Of a DNA stretch of 64,000 nt, positions 1 to 8,685 are shown piece after piece (position 1 is the stretch's first letter; each line of letters starts with the position of its first letter). The stretch is taken from contig JABXKD010000003.1 of the NCBI GenBank assembly GCA_013375475.1, positions 39,866-103,865 on the forward strand, given 5' to 3'. Origin of the DNA: Promethearchaeota archaeon (GTDB lineage Archaea > Asgardarchaeota > Lokiarchaeia > Sigyniarchaeales > SOKP01). The position numbers were made by a program, and so were the translations under genes. The notes below the pieces were generated by a model. That model was not told where the DNA came from, searched no databases, and saw nothing but the letters and a program-made list of their open reading frames with translations.

Positions 1-2
1 CT

Positions 3-182
3 ATTGACAAAGGAGCAAAAGATTTTGAAACTATGAAAATAATCTCAGGTCTTCCCATGGCATGTATTAAAGGACGAGTTCCAGTGCTTTTAGAGTTAAA
101 TCTTATTTTAAAAAATAATGACGGATATTTCTTAACTAATAAAGGTTTAAGTTTTAAGGAAAAAATCGAATCAAATACTTAA
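3..182 (+). CDS. 3' end of a gene truncated by the window edge; probable winged-helix C-terminus
   Basis: Open frame IDKGAKDFETMKIISGLPMACIKGRVPVLLELNLILKNNDGYFLTNKG...NT, ending TAA at 180-182; YxLTxKG resembles a wHTH wing. Confidence 0.55.
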   Translation: MDKGAKDFETMKIISGLPMACIKGRVPVLLELNLILKNNDGYFLTNKGLSFKEKIESNT

Positions 183-188
183 GTCGAA

Positions 189-270
189 TCTAAATTTCAG
201 TTTGGGGCGACTACGTCATCGCTATGAGCATTAGCTCTTTCAATTGTCATAAGTTCATCATCAATCTAAA
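189..270 (-). ncRNA. Candidate box C/D methylation guide sRNA
   Basis: Minus strand: C box ATGATGA (255-261), internal GATGA, guide CGTAGTCGCCCCAAA, D box CTGA (197-200); terminal stem TTTAGATT/AATTTAGA. Confidence 0.65.
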
Positions 271-773
271 TTCTCACTTTTACTTTCATCAATATTCAGT
301 AAATTTATTTTCCTTGGAAACTTCCTTTCGTAATATCCTGATGTTTTTAAACCACCACATTCAGCTATAAACTTCTCTAAGCCACCCTCTTCTTTTATTC
401 GATTTTTTAGAGAGTTATAATCTTGGATGTTTAACTCGCTCCTTCCTAGAAGATAATCTAAAATTTCTAAAGCTTCTTCTCTATTTTTACACCGCCTAAT
501 AAAGTCTATAGCTCCGGGATTAAATATATCTTCGCAATAATTAGAGGTTTGAACTACTTTATTTATTTCTTCAGATTGTTCAATTTCATAATCGATGCCT
601 TTAATCTTTAGAGAATTCTTATTATTAGATAATTCACGCATTAATTGAGGAAATTGTCGTTCAAGGTCGTCCTTATCATAAGCGATTTTCAATCCATCCT
701 CATCTATCACTTCTAATTTCTTTTTCAAATTTGTTTCCATTTTTTCTTCATTTTTCATGGCTTCTATATGCAA
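261..773 (-). CDS. DUF2095 family protein
   Basis: PGAIDFIRRC..EEALEILDYL..R.E motif and GYYER tail typical of this archaeal family; true start may be a downstream Met. Confidence 0.75.
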   Translation of the reverse strand: MHIEAMKNEEKMETNLKKKLEVIDEDGLKIAYDKDDLERQFPQLMRELSNNKNSLKIKGIDYEIEQSEEINKVVQTSNYCEDIFNPGAIDFIRRCKNREEALEILDYLLGRSELNIQDYNSLKNRIKEEGGLEKFIAECGGLKTSGYYERKFPRKINLLNIDESKSENLD

Positions 774-913
774 AATATTTGAGGGTGTGTTACCTATAAA
801 AATCAGAGTGAAATTATAAAATTATTCACAATCAAAAAATACGATAAAATAATAAAATTAATTAATTTTACTTGATTTCAATATTTATTACATAATTAGA
901 GATTGCCTAAATC

Positions 914-1498
914 ATGAAATCTGGATATAGTCATGTGAAGGATACCTTCGAAAAACACGAAACTGGTTACAAAACAACTCACTGGGAAAGGGGGATTGAA
1001 TACCGAAAAGGAAAATCGATCGAACGCGTTGAAAGACCAACTAAATTACATAGAGCTCGAACCCTCGGTTATAAAGCCAAGCAAGGTTATGTTATCGTTC
1101 GAGCTAGAATCCGAAAAGGTGGAATGCATAAAGTTCGCCCAAAAAGAGGAAGAAAACCTAGAGCACTGGGGGTCTCTAAGTATACTACCGGAAAAAATTT
1201 GCAATGGGTCGCGGAAGAACGCGTACAACGGAAATACCCAAATTTGGAGGTATTGAATAGCTATAAAGTATATGCCGATGGAAGAAGTTGGTATTACGAA
1301 GTTATTATGGTCGACCCAGATCATCCCGTTATTAAATCAGATCCGAAAATTAATTGGATTTGCGAGCCTCAACACACCAGAAGAGTTACTCGAGGTTTAA
1401 CTTCTGCAGGTCAAAAAGCCAGAGGTTTACATAAGAAAGGATGGGGATCTGAAAAAACAAGACCAAGTCTAGGTGCAAATAAAGGTCGTGGTAAGTAA
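914..1498 (+). CDS. rpl15e: 50S ribosomal protein L15e
   Basis: [35 protein letters not shown] motifs. Confidence 0.98.
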   Translation: MKSGYSHVKDTFEKHETGYKTTHWERGIEYRKGKSIERVERPTKLHRARTLGYKAKQGYVIVRARIRKGGMHKVRPKRGRKPRALGVSKYTTGKNLQWVAEERVQRKYPNLEVLNSYKVYADGRSWYYEVIMVDPDHPVIKSDPKINWICEPQHTRRVTRGLTSAGQKARGLHKKGWGSEKTRPSLGANKGRGK

Positions 1499-1633
1499 TA
1501 TTATGTTTTATTAATTTCTCTTTCTTAAATATTTGTAAACATATAGTTTGCTTCAAAATATAGGTAAAATTTTAATTTATTGTTAATTATAAAAATTCAT
1601 AACAAAGAATTAAATACATTATTTTATAACAAG

Positions 1634-1768
1634 GGACCCGTAGCCTAGCATGGCCGTTTTTATTCCACTATAAGCGGTGTAAATAGGGCGTCAGACTTCT
1701 AATCTGAATGTCGCAGGTTCGAAATTTTGAGTTGATTTAAAATTCAAACGAATATCCTGCCGGGTCCG
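1634..1768 (+). tRNA. tRNA-Arg(TCT) with two non-canonical introns (1654-1682 D-loop, 19/20; 1724-1754 T-loop, 59/60)
   Basis: Acceptor GGACCCG/CGGGTCC; anticodon arm TCAGA-CTTCTAA-TCTGA; removing both BHB-bounded inserts restores TAGCATGGATAGG and GGTTCGAATCC. Confidence 0.93.
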
Positions 1769-1943
1769 CTATAATATATATAAAAATTTTGATCGGTTAC
1801 TTAATGTCCTAATGATAATCGATTAATTCTAAAAAAATTAAGGTTTAATAAATTAATAATTCATTAATAGGGTGTTTTTTTTAAAATTGAATCCTTACTA
1901 TTGATTAATTGATTTTAAATTATACCTCTAAATAATTGATTTT

Positions 1944-2669
1944 ATGCTTAAGAAAAAAATTTTTATACATCAAAATATCCCATATGCGTTTAATTGGAAT
2001 ATCAATCATCATAAAGCAAAATTATTTCAAAATAATCCGAATCGAGAGGAATTTAGAAATCTTGGAACGTATTTTAAAGAAGTCTATCAAGGAACTATTC
2101 CAAATGATTTATTTAATCAAAAAGATCTTCCGCGCGTCTCACAATTTAAAATCAGAGGCTTGAAACCTGCTTTTATGGCCAGTTTTAGTAAAAGTTTAAT
2201 TCGGGAAGGAAAAATTAAACTTCATAGTTCCGGTTCAAGATTACCAAAATTTGTGAACGATGTCTTCGAAACTTATAAAACTAGTGAAATCGGAAAAAAA
2301 CCGGGCCATGAACCAATTCTAAAAAACATTTTAATAAGAGATGAGAATTCAGTTGCAATTGAGATTCCAATATGGAAAAAAATTAGAAATGGTTATATCA
2401 CAGGTCACATCGATCTCATCCAAATTGAAAACGGCATTGTAAAGGTAATAGATTATAAACCCGAAGGAAATTTTTTGCTTTCGTTGCCCCAAGTCGCTAC
2501 ATACGGACTTTTCATTAAGTCATTGTTTAATTTGCATCAGATTAAATGCATTTCCTTCAATAAAAAGGAAGCTTGGGAGTATAACCCTTATATTTTATTG
2601 ACGGACATTAAAGACTATCTAATATCACAGCGAATTATTGAAAGAAAATGGGAGGAATTCATAGAATAA
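1944..2669 (+). CDS. PD-(D/E)xK (RecB-like) nuclease family protein
   Basis: E.PI...ITGHIDLI...VIDYKP...QVATY motifs. Confidence 0.8.
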   Translation: MLKKKIFIHQNIPYAFNWNINHHKAKLFQNNPNREEFRNLGTYFKEVYQGTIPNDLFNQKDLPRVSQFKIRGLKPAFMASFSKSLIREGKIKLHSSGSRLPKFVNDVFETYKTSEIGKKPGHEPILKNILIRDENSVAIEIPIWKKIRNGYITGHIDLIQIENGIVKVIDYKPEGNFLLSLPQVATYGLFIKSLFNLHQIKCISFNKKEAWEYNPYILLTDIKDYLISQRIIERKWEEFIE

Positions 2670-2676
2670 GCTAAAA

Positions 2677-2943
2677 TTATTTAAATTTTCCCTTCCCTTT
2701 TCGCTTTTTATCTTCTTCTTCTTCTATCGTAACATATTTTCGGAGAAGTATATAACTCAAAATCAAACCAATAACTTCAAGGATTATACCAGTAGCTGCA
2801 ATCGTACTACCATTAAAATCAGATTCCCTTAATAGAACAGCAATTCCTAGACCAGAAGTAGCGAGTACAAAAAGAATAAATCCTTTTAGAATTTGAGAAA
2901 ATGAATCTTTTATGTATCCTAATCCTGTTTTTAATCCTGACAT
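2677..2943 (-). CDS. Small membrane protein (2 TM)
   Basis: Two hydrophobic segments and a charged C-terminal tail. Confidence 0.65.
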   Translation of the reverse strand: MSGLKTGLGYIKDSFSQILKGFILFVLATSGLGIAVLLRESDFNGSTIAATGIILEVIGLILSYILLRKYVTIEEEEDKKRKGKGKFK

Positions 2944-3044
2944 GATTCAATTATATGTGCTTAATGATATTTTAAATTGAAATTGTAACTAAATTAAATT
3001 ATAATAATTTTAATATTTTTGTTATTTTAAAAAGGAGTGATTAG

Positions 3045-5456
3045 TTATTTCTTTGGTTTCTGCTTAAATTTTAAATAGAGAGCTTTATCCAATAAACTGC
3101 CTATTTTTAAAGCAATTATTTTTGCAACTTTGTATCTCTCACTATCAAGCATTTCTTTGACTTCCTGAGGACTAGGTGAAGGTTTTAATCTCTCAGCTAA
3201 TATTTCATTTATAACAATAGAAACTTCAGTTACAATTTCTTCACGTGATGGTAATTTCATATTTTCAATATGGGATTTAATTTTTTCTACTGCAAAAAAA
3301 TAAAATTCACAAAAATTATTAAATGGGTCATCTGTTAAACCGCTGTGATTTTTAATTTGTTCGATTGCTATTTTTGTGTCTTTTTTTTCCCAATAGAACT
3401 GATTAGGATTCATTCCAGGACGACTGATTCCCATCATTGTGGATGTAATTTTACGTTCGATCCAATTAAAGGGATTTTCTTGCTTTACTTTACGAGATTC
3501 TTTTTTTTTATCAGCATCTTTTTTCTGTTTCTCTACTTTAGCGCTAATAATTTTAGATTTTTCAGTATCTCCATAATTTTCAAATCTCTTGATTAGATCA
3601 TATGCAATACAATATGATATCGGAGAAACTAAATCTGCTTTCAATTTTAAAGGCATTATATCTTTATACACATAACTTTCTTTATTTTTTAATTCAAAAA
3701 TACTTTCCTTTAGAGATTTGTTTGTCAAACGGGATAAAATAAACCCATTTACTAAAAAAACTTGGTTGATAGCATTTAAAACAACTACCAATTCTTGTTG
3801 TCTTTTCATCAAACGATTGATGCTTAATTCTTCTAGTTTAATTTGACCCCAATCTTCTACATCTTTCGTGTGATCTGCTCTCCTTAAGGCAGGTGAGAAT
3901 ATAGCTTTATCATTTGAAACTATACCATATAATTCAATAATTCTACTTAATTGTCTTAGGATTTTAGCTAAAATATTGTAAAATAAATCAGTCACTAGAT
4001 TGGTAAAAATCTCATCGTAATTAATAAGAAGAATTATCTGTGAATAATTGCTTAAATTTAAATCTTGAAAGAATATTTTGTCAATAATTTGCTTTTTTCT
4101 CACGAATTCTCTCAAACTATTAATTGAAAAACCAGTTTTCTTTTCTAAAATATCCCATAACTCGTCAAATTCGACTTCAGTCCTATAAAGAATCTTAAAT
4201 AGATCAAACTCTGAATGATTTCCCACTTTTGCCATGAACTTTTCAAGATAAGGAAATTTTAGATTACACAATGCTTTTTTTGCGATATTAATCAAATTTT
4301 TTTTATTATCATTCAAAACGATTAAATCTTGTTTTTTAATGTTAAACCTAATCATGTTTTTCTTAACTTTTTCAGCTAATTCATAATCAATATTGATTAA
4401 ATGTAAAGTATCTTTTATTCCCCTTTTATTAAGTAAAAATATAACATCTTCAAAACTAGATTCATATAAACTCTGAAGAAAATAAACAAAATCATTGGGA
4501 TTTGTCTTTAATTGCTTGATTATTTCAAGTTTTAAATCTGAAAGGATTCTCTCTTCAAATTGTTCGTAATCAAGATTTTCTTCAAGAGCATTGTTGATGT
4601 ATTTAATAGTTTCCCGTTTTAGGTTGTTTCCTTCAATGTATCTATTTAATCCGGAAATTGAAATTGGATATTTATTAAGTTCATATTCCAAAATTTTCTT
4701 TTTTATCATCCTTATTGGCATGGTTTGAACTTGTAATTCCTTATAAGACTTGAATTCAAATAGATCCTGCATCCTCTCAATTAATCGATTTAAGGTAAAA
4801 ACTTCAATGTACTTATCTTCCTTTTCTTCTTGTTCTAATTGTTTCTCCACCTCGAGAGATACACCTTTCAATGCAGCAGCTTCCTCTAAAATGTCCAACT
4901 TTACATCATCGTTAAGGCCTATTAAATCACCAATGAAATCGTAGAAGTAAAAGGATGGAAATTTTGAGATGATATTTAACAATCCGAATTCAATTTGATC
5001 CTCAATATCTTCAATTTTTTTCACTTTCTCAGTTTCTTGAAGATTTCCGAGCCTTTCTTCTATTAAAAGTGTTAAAAACATATTTTCTAAATCAATAATT
5101 TCATCAAAAATACCTCTTTCTAATTCAAACGAGTCTTTCAATAAAGAGGTAACTTCCTCCATTAAAATTTGTTTTTCTCTTAAGTGTAATTGTTGAGTAG
5201 AATCAATTGTCAACTGATTTGAATCTAGAGATTCCTGAACCTTAATACCCATATAGTGATACAAATGAACTGCAGCAGTAGCTATTAATAGCGACCGAAG
5301 ATTCGGATTTTCGCGAATCAATTCAAATATTTTTTCTTTGTCTGCCTTTCTCTTTAAATGGGATATGATTAAATCTATAGTCTGAAAGAACCGATAGGTA
5401 CTCTCTACTGCAGTTGATTTTCTCTTTACTCCACTAATCATAAATTTTTCATCCAT
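3045..5456 (-). CDS. Large helical hypothetical protein (803 aa)
   Basis: Long ORF overlapping the upstream gene; no motif recognised. Confidence 0.8.
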   Translation of the reverse strand: MDEKFMISGVKRKSTAVESTYRFFQTIDLIISHLKRKADKEKIFELIRENPNLRSLLIATAAVHLYHYMGIKVQESLDSNQLTIDSTQQLHLREKQILMEEVTSLLKDSFELERGIFDEIIDLENMFLTLLIEERLGNLQETEKVKKIEDIEDQIEFGLLNIISKFPSFYFYDFIGDLIGLNDDVKLDILEEAAALKGVSLEVEKQLEQEEKEDKYIEVFTLNRLIERMQDLFEFKSYKELQVQTMPIRMIKKKILEYELNKYPISISGLNRYIEGNNLKRETIKYINNALEENLDYEQFEERILSDLKLEIIKQLKTNPNDFVYFLQSLYESSFEDVIFLLNKRGIKDTLHLINIDYELAEKVKKNMIRFNIKKQDLIVLNDNKKNLINIAKKALCNLKFPYLEKFMAKVGNHSEFDLFKILYRTEVEFDELWDILEKKTGFSINSLREFVRKKQIIDKIFFQDLNLSNYSQIILLINYDEIFTNLVTDLFYNILAKILRQLSRIIELYGIVSNDKAIFSPALRRADHTKDVEDWGQIKLEELSINRLMKRQQELVVVLNAINQVFLVNGFILSRLTNKSLKESIFELKNKESYVYKDIMPLKLKADLVSPISYCIAYDLIKRFENYGDTEKSKIISAKVEKQKKDADKKKESRKVKQENPFNWIERKITSTMMGISRPGMNPNQFYWEKKDTKIAIEQIKNHSGLTDDPFNNFCEFYFFAVEKIKSHIENMKLPSREEIVTEVSIVINEILAERLKPSPSPQEVKEMLDSERYKVAKIIALKIGSLLDKALYLKFKQKPKK

Positions 5457-7762
5457 TCTCTATAAACTTCCTTAAAGTTGTCGGCTATTTCATATTTAGT
5501 ATTTTTATGCCAATATTTAAATTCGAAAACATGATATAAATCAGCATTAAATGATTCCATTTCCTCAGCTGTTAAATCTTGTTTTAAAATCAAGGATATA
5601 GGTCTTGCTATTAATTTAGAAAAATATTTTAGAACTTTTTCTTTTATGAAATTCATGAATGCATCTTTTTTATCAATGTTAAAACATTCAATAGGCATTA
5701 ATTTCTCTTGAATATCAATAAACAAGTTAATTTCTCTTTCAACCTTACTTTGAACATATTTAGGAAATTCGGTTTTAATACCAATACAATATTCGTAGTG
5801 TTTATAAAAGTCTATTAAATTCTCTTTCTCAATCGGATCTGTGACATTCTGAACATATTTATCTAAAAATCTAAAAAAGGTTTCTGGCTCTTGCTCTCTT
5901 AATTCACGCTCTTCAAGATATTTTATAAAATCAAGTAATGTCTCATCTAGTTTCCACTCTCTTTTTTCTTCTAAATTAAAAAACTTTTTAGCGTAATCTT
6001 TTATCCATTCTAAAATATAAGATTTCCAGATTAAGTTAATTCCACCAACTCTCTTCTCTAAGAACCGATGAAACCTATTTGCAAAAGTAACTGGATCTTT
6101 TATTTCCGCATCAGGTTCCTCTTTTATAAACCGGTTAATAGTAGAATACCTTAAAATATAACTTAATAAGTATTTGAGTTCACCGGAATAACGTTCAAAT
6201 TTCTTTATATGCGATTCAATTGCCTTTGGATTTTTTACCATTTGTACTTCCGCGAAAGCAATTAAATCACTAATGTTTAATTTGACATTTCCAAAAAACG
6301 ACTTAATATTCTCTTTAACTATTTTTTTAAACTCTCTTTTTAATAAATCCTCATTAAATTTACCTGTTTTTAGCAACACAATGGGATTTATTTCAATTTG
6401 GGACGTTAGATTTTGTTCAAACTTATTTAATATATTTTGCCCCAAGACTTTCGAGGGTTTTTGTTCATTATCAAATTTGTTATGCAAATTTCTAATAAAA
6501 CTATAAACTAACATTTTTAATCTTCGACTTGAAAGGTATCGAGGAAAGGATTCGTTAATACATTTAAAACTATTCCTGATGATTTCTTCGAAATAGTTTA
6601 TTACAGAACTCAATTCAATAGATCTTAGCTTTTCTTCTTTATCAATTGACATTTTAATAGATTTAGTTGCTAATTGACCAAGATCTGAGAAAAATTCATT
6701 GTTAGCTCCCACATTTTCCTTAATAAATTTATTAAACATGTCTAAAAGTTCTGAAATGTTGCCAAATTCACCCGTAGTAAGAAAGTCTCTTGATGCCCTT
6801 AAAAAATTATCCACAGTATTGCCTAATTCTTTCAATATAAGCTCGATTTTGGAGATTAACTCCTCGCCAGAGTAGAGTTCTTTATTCATCACGAATTTAT
6901 CTTTGAGTTTAGTTATGAAGTAGGTAATGATTTCCTCTTGAATTTCATCTATTGTACCTGTATTAGCTAATTTCAGGAGATTTGTTCCGAGTGTTAACGT
7001 TTTTTCTACGATGAAATTTGCGCTAGGCTCTGAAATGGCATATTTTAAATGATCAACCATTGATTTGCCCGAATATGGCGATTTTAAACGCTCAAATTTA
7101 TGATTTGAAAAATGTATTTCAATCGGTCTTTTATTCCATAGAAAACTAACCTCAGATCTAATTGAAGCATAAGTAGATAACAATTCTTTTTCAGTTGGTA
7201 AAGAAACGCTGAGACCAACTAATTTCTTATTCCATTTATCTTCAATTAAATCCCCATATAGTTTTTTACTAAAACGAGTTGCAAATTTCTCAAAAACTTG
7301 AATTTTCCCATCAGGTTCTAATTCGGGACGATTGGTAAACTCTTCTATCTCATAAAACAACTTGCTGATGTTATTTATTGACTCGCGCGACTTATGAGGG
7401 TCTAGATAGCCTGTTTCTGGTTTTAAAGCAAGCAATAGGCTCTCACAATCTTTAAATCTACCTGGTATTAATAGCATCGATTTAGGATATATATTAGTCC
7501 TAGCATCTTTTTCATCGAAGTTATACAATTCAAACTCGATAGAAAAAACTTCAGAACCCGCGAAATCTCGTAGGATCGCGTTGTACATGCGAAGATATTT
7601 AATGACTTCATGCGACAACTCGTTAACTTTCTCTTTAGTCAATTTACCTGGCCCAACTACATCGCCTACTATTAAATCTGTTGGACTTGAGTAACCAAAA
7701 ATTAAAGAAAATTGAAAATTAATAGATTCTCGTGTTGTTATCATAATTTTGTTATTTTTCAA
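5438..7762 (-). CDS. Large hypothetical protein (774 aa)
   Basis: Long ORF; alpha/beta N- and C-termini with helical middle; no motif recognised. Confidence 0.8.
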   Translation of the reverse strand: MKNNKIMITTRESINFQFSLIFGYSSPTDLIVGDVVGPGKLTKEKVNELSHEVIKYLRMYNAILRDFAGSEVFSIEFELYNFDEKDARTNIYPKSMLLIPGRFKDCESLLLALKPETGYLDPHKSRESINNISKLFYEIEEFTNRPELEPDGKIQVFEKFATRFSKKLYGDLIEDKWNKKLVGLSVSLPTEKELLSTYASIRSEVSFLWNKRPIEIHFSNHKFERLKSPYSGKSMVDHLKYAISEPSANFIVEKTLTLGTNLLKLANTGTIDEIQEEIITYFITKLKDKFVMNKELYSGEELISKIELILKELGNTVDNFLRASRDFLTTGEFGNISELLDMFNKFIKENVGANNEFFSDLGQLATKSIKMSIDKEEKLRSIELSSVINYFEEIIRNSFKCINESFPRYLSSRRLKMLVYSFIRNLHNKFDNEQKPSKVLGQNILNKFEQNLTSQIEINPIVLLKTGKFNEDLLKREFKKIVKENIKSFFGNVKLNISDLIAFAEVQMVKNPKAIESHIKKFERYSGELKYLLSYILRYSTINRFIKEEPDAEIKDPVTFANRFHRFLEKRVGGINLIWKSYILEWIKDYAKKFFNLEEKREWKLDETLLDFIKYLEERELREQEPETFFRFLDKYVQNVTDPIEKENLIDFYKHYEYCIGIKTEFPKYVQSKVEREINLFIDIQEKLMPIECFNIDKKDAFMNFIKEKVLKYFSKLIARPISLILKQDLTAEEMESFNADLYHVFEFKYWHKNTKYEIADNFKEVYREWMKNL

Positions 7763-7978
7763 ATCTATTTTTATAAAGAATAATAATGATCTATTTTAAC
7801 TTTTAGCAATAGAAATTTTTAAGCGATTAATTAACGCCGATTATCCAAATTTTTAAACAAAAATTAAGGAGATAAAAAATAAAGAAATAAAAAGTATTAA
7901 TATTATATTTATAATATTTAAGAAAAGTAAAATCTCAAATTTCAATTTAACTAACTTGCTGTAGAAGGTGAATATGTA

Positions 7979-8383
7979 TTGGAATTCGGAACGGATCTAG
8001 GTATTGGCCCCGAAGAAATTGAAAAAATTAGCCCTCAAATTACATTTATCACTTCAAATGCAGATATTGAAGCTATCGCCCTTGTGAGTATGGAAGGCTA
8101 CCAAATCGCTTTTTCAGCATTACCCCAATACCAAGTTGATGGGGATCAGTTTTGTGGTCTTGCGAGCGCTCTTTTAATGACGGGAAGCTCCACAATTAAA
8201 ACCCTTTTTCAAGAAGACTTAAGCGAAATAATTGTGAGAGCTGAGAATGGTTACATTATCGTTAGCAACGCAGGGCGTTTAGTCATAGTTTGCGCGGGAA
8301 CCCTCATTGATACGTTAATGAAGACCGTTAAAGTTATGAGAGTTGCTGCTAAAAATTTGGCAAATATTTTTGAAAGGAAATAA
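7979..8383 (+). CDS. Roadblock/LC7 (MglB-like) domain protein
   Basis: IEAIALVSMEGYQIA...LSEIIVRAENGYIIV..AG pattern; AGGTGA SD before TTG. Confidence 0.9.
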   Translation: MEFGTDLGIGPEEIEKISPQITFITSNADIEAIALVSMEGYQIAFSALPQYQVDGDQFCGLASALLMTGSSTIKTLFQEDLSEIIVRAENGYIIVSNAGRLVIVCAGTLIDTLMKTVKVMRVAAKNLANIFERK

Positions 8384-8451
8384 CAAATAAAGTTTTAATC
8401 CAGAGGATTAACTTTATAAGTTTTTAATAATAATTATGTCACTATATATAA

Positions 8452-8603
8452 GCATGGTTTAATTCTATGGTTACTGAAAATTTTGATTTTTGTTGGCAGT
8501 GGCCTTGGCGTTCCTGAAAACGCTTTTCATTGGCTAAACCATACTTTGCACTCTTTTTATTTCTAAACATCGAATTTTAAATTTCAATTGCATCTGCAAT
8601 TGG
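8452..8603 (+). promoter_or_regulatory. Attenuator-like leader RNA of trpB2
   Basis: Hairpin GCGTT/AACGC over the leader stop extended by CAGTG/CATTG; ATGGTTTA/TAAACCAT long-range pairing; U-rich tract 8552-8564; further hairpin CAATTGCA/TGCAATTG. Confidence 0.55.
8467..8517 (+). CDS. Putative Trp-rich leader peptide MVTENFDFCWQWPWRS
   Basis: 16-codon ORF with three TGG codons (WQWPW) ending 168 nt upstream of a tryptophan synthase beta gene. Confidence 0.75.
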   Translation: MVTENFDFCWQWPWRS

Positions 8604-8685
8604 GCATTATTAATATTGGGTTCCAATTTTAAAATGAGACATCATATGAAGTAGATGATGAAATAATATAGAAAAGGAATAACAA

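Noticed and set aside
996-1324. ORFs 996-1256 (+) and 1046-1324 (-)
   Set aside because: Shadow frames inside rpl15e; the same applies to the other short ORFs nested in long genes (e.g. 3345-3596, 6273-6506, 25175-25831, 38264-40060, 44591-45156)
1944-2669. Cas4/CRISPR interpretation of the nuclease
   Set aside because: No four-Cys Fe-S motif, no cas genes and no repeat-spacer array anywhere in the window
8454-8462. Minimal ORF ATG GTT TAA upstream of the Trp leader
   Set aside because: Too short to support as a gene; better explained as a pairing segment of the leader RNA
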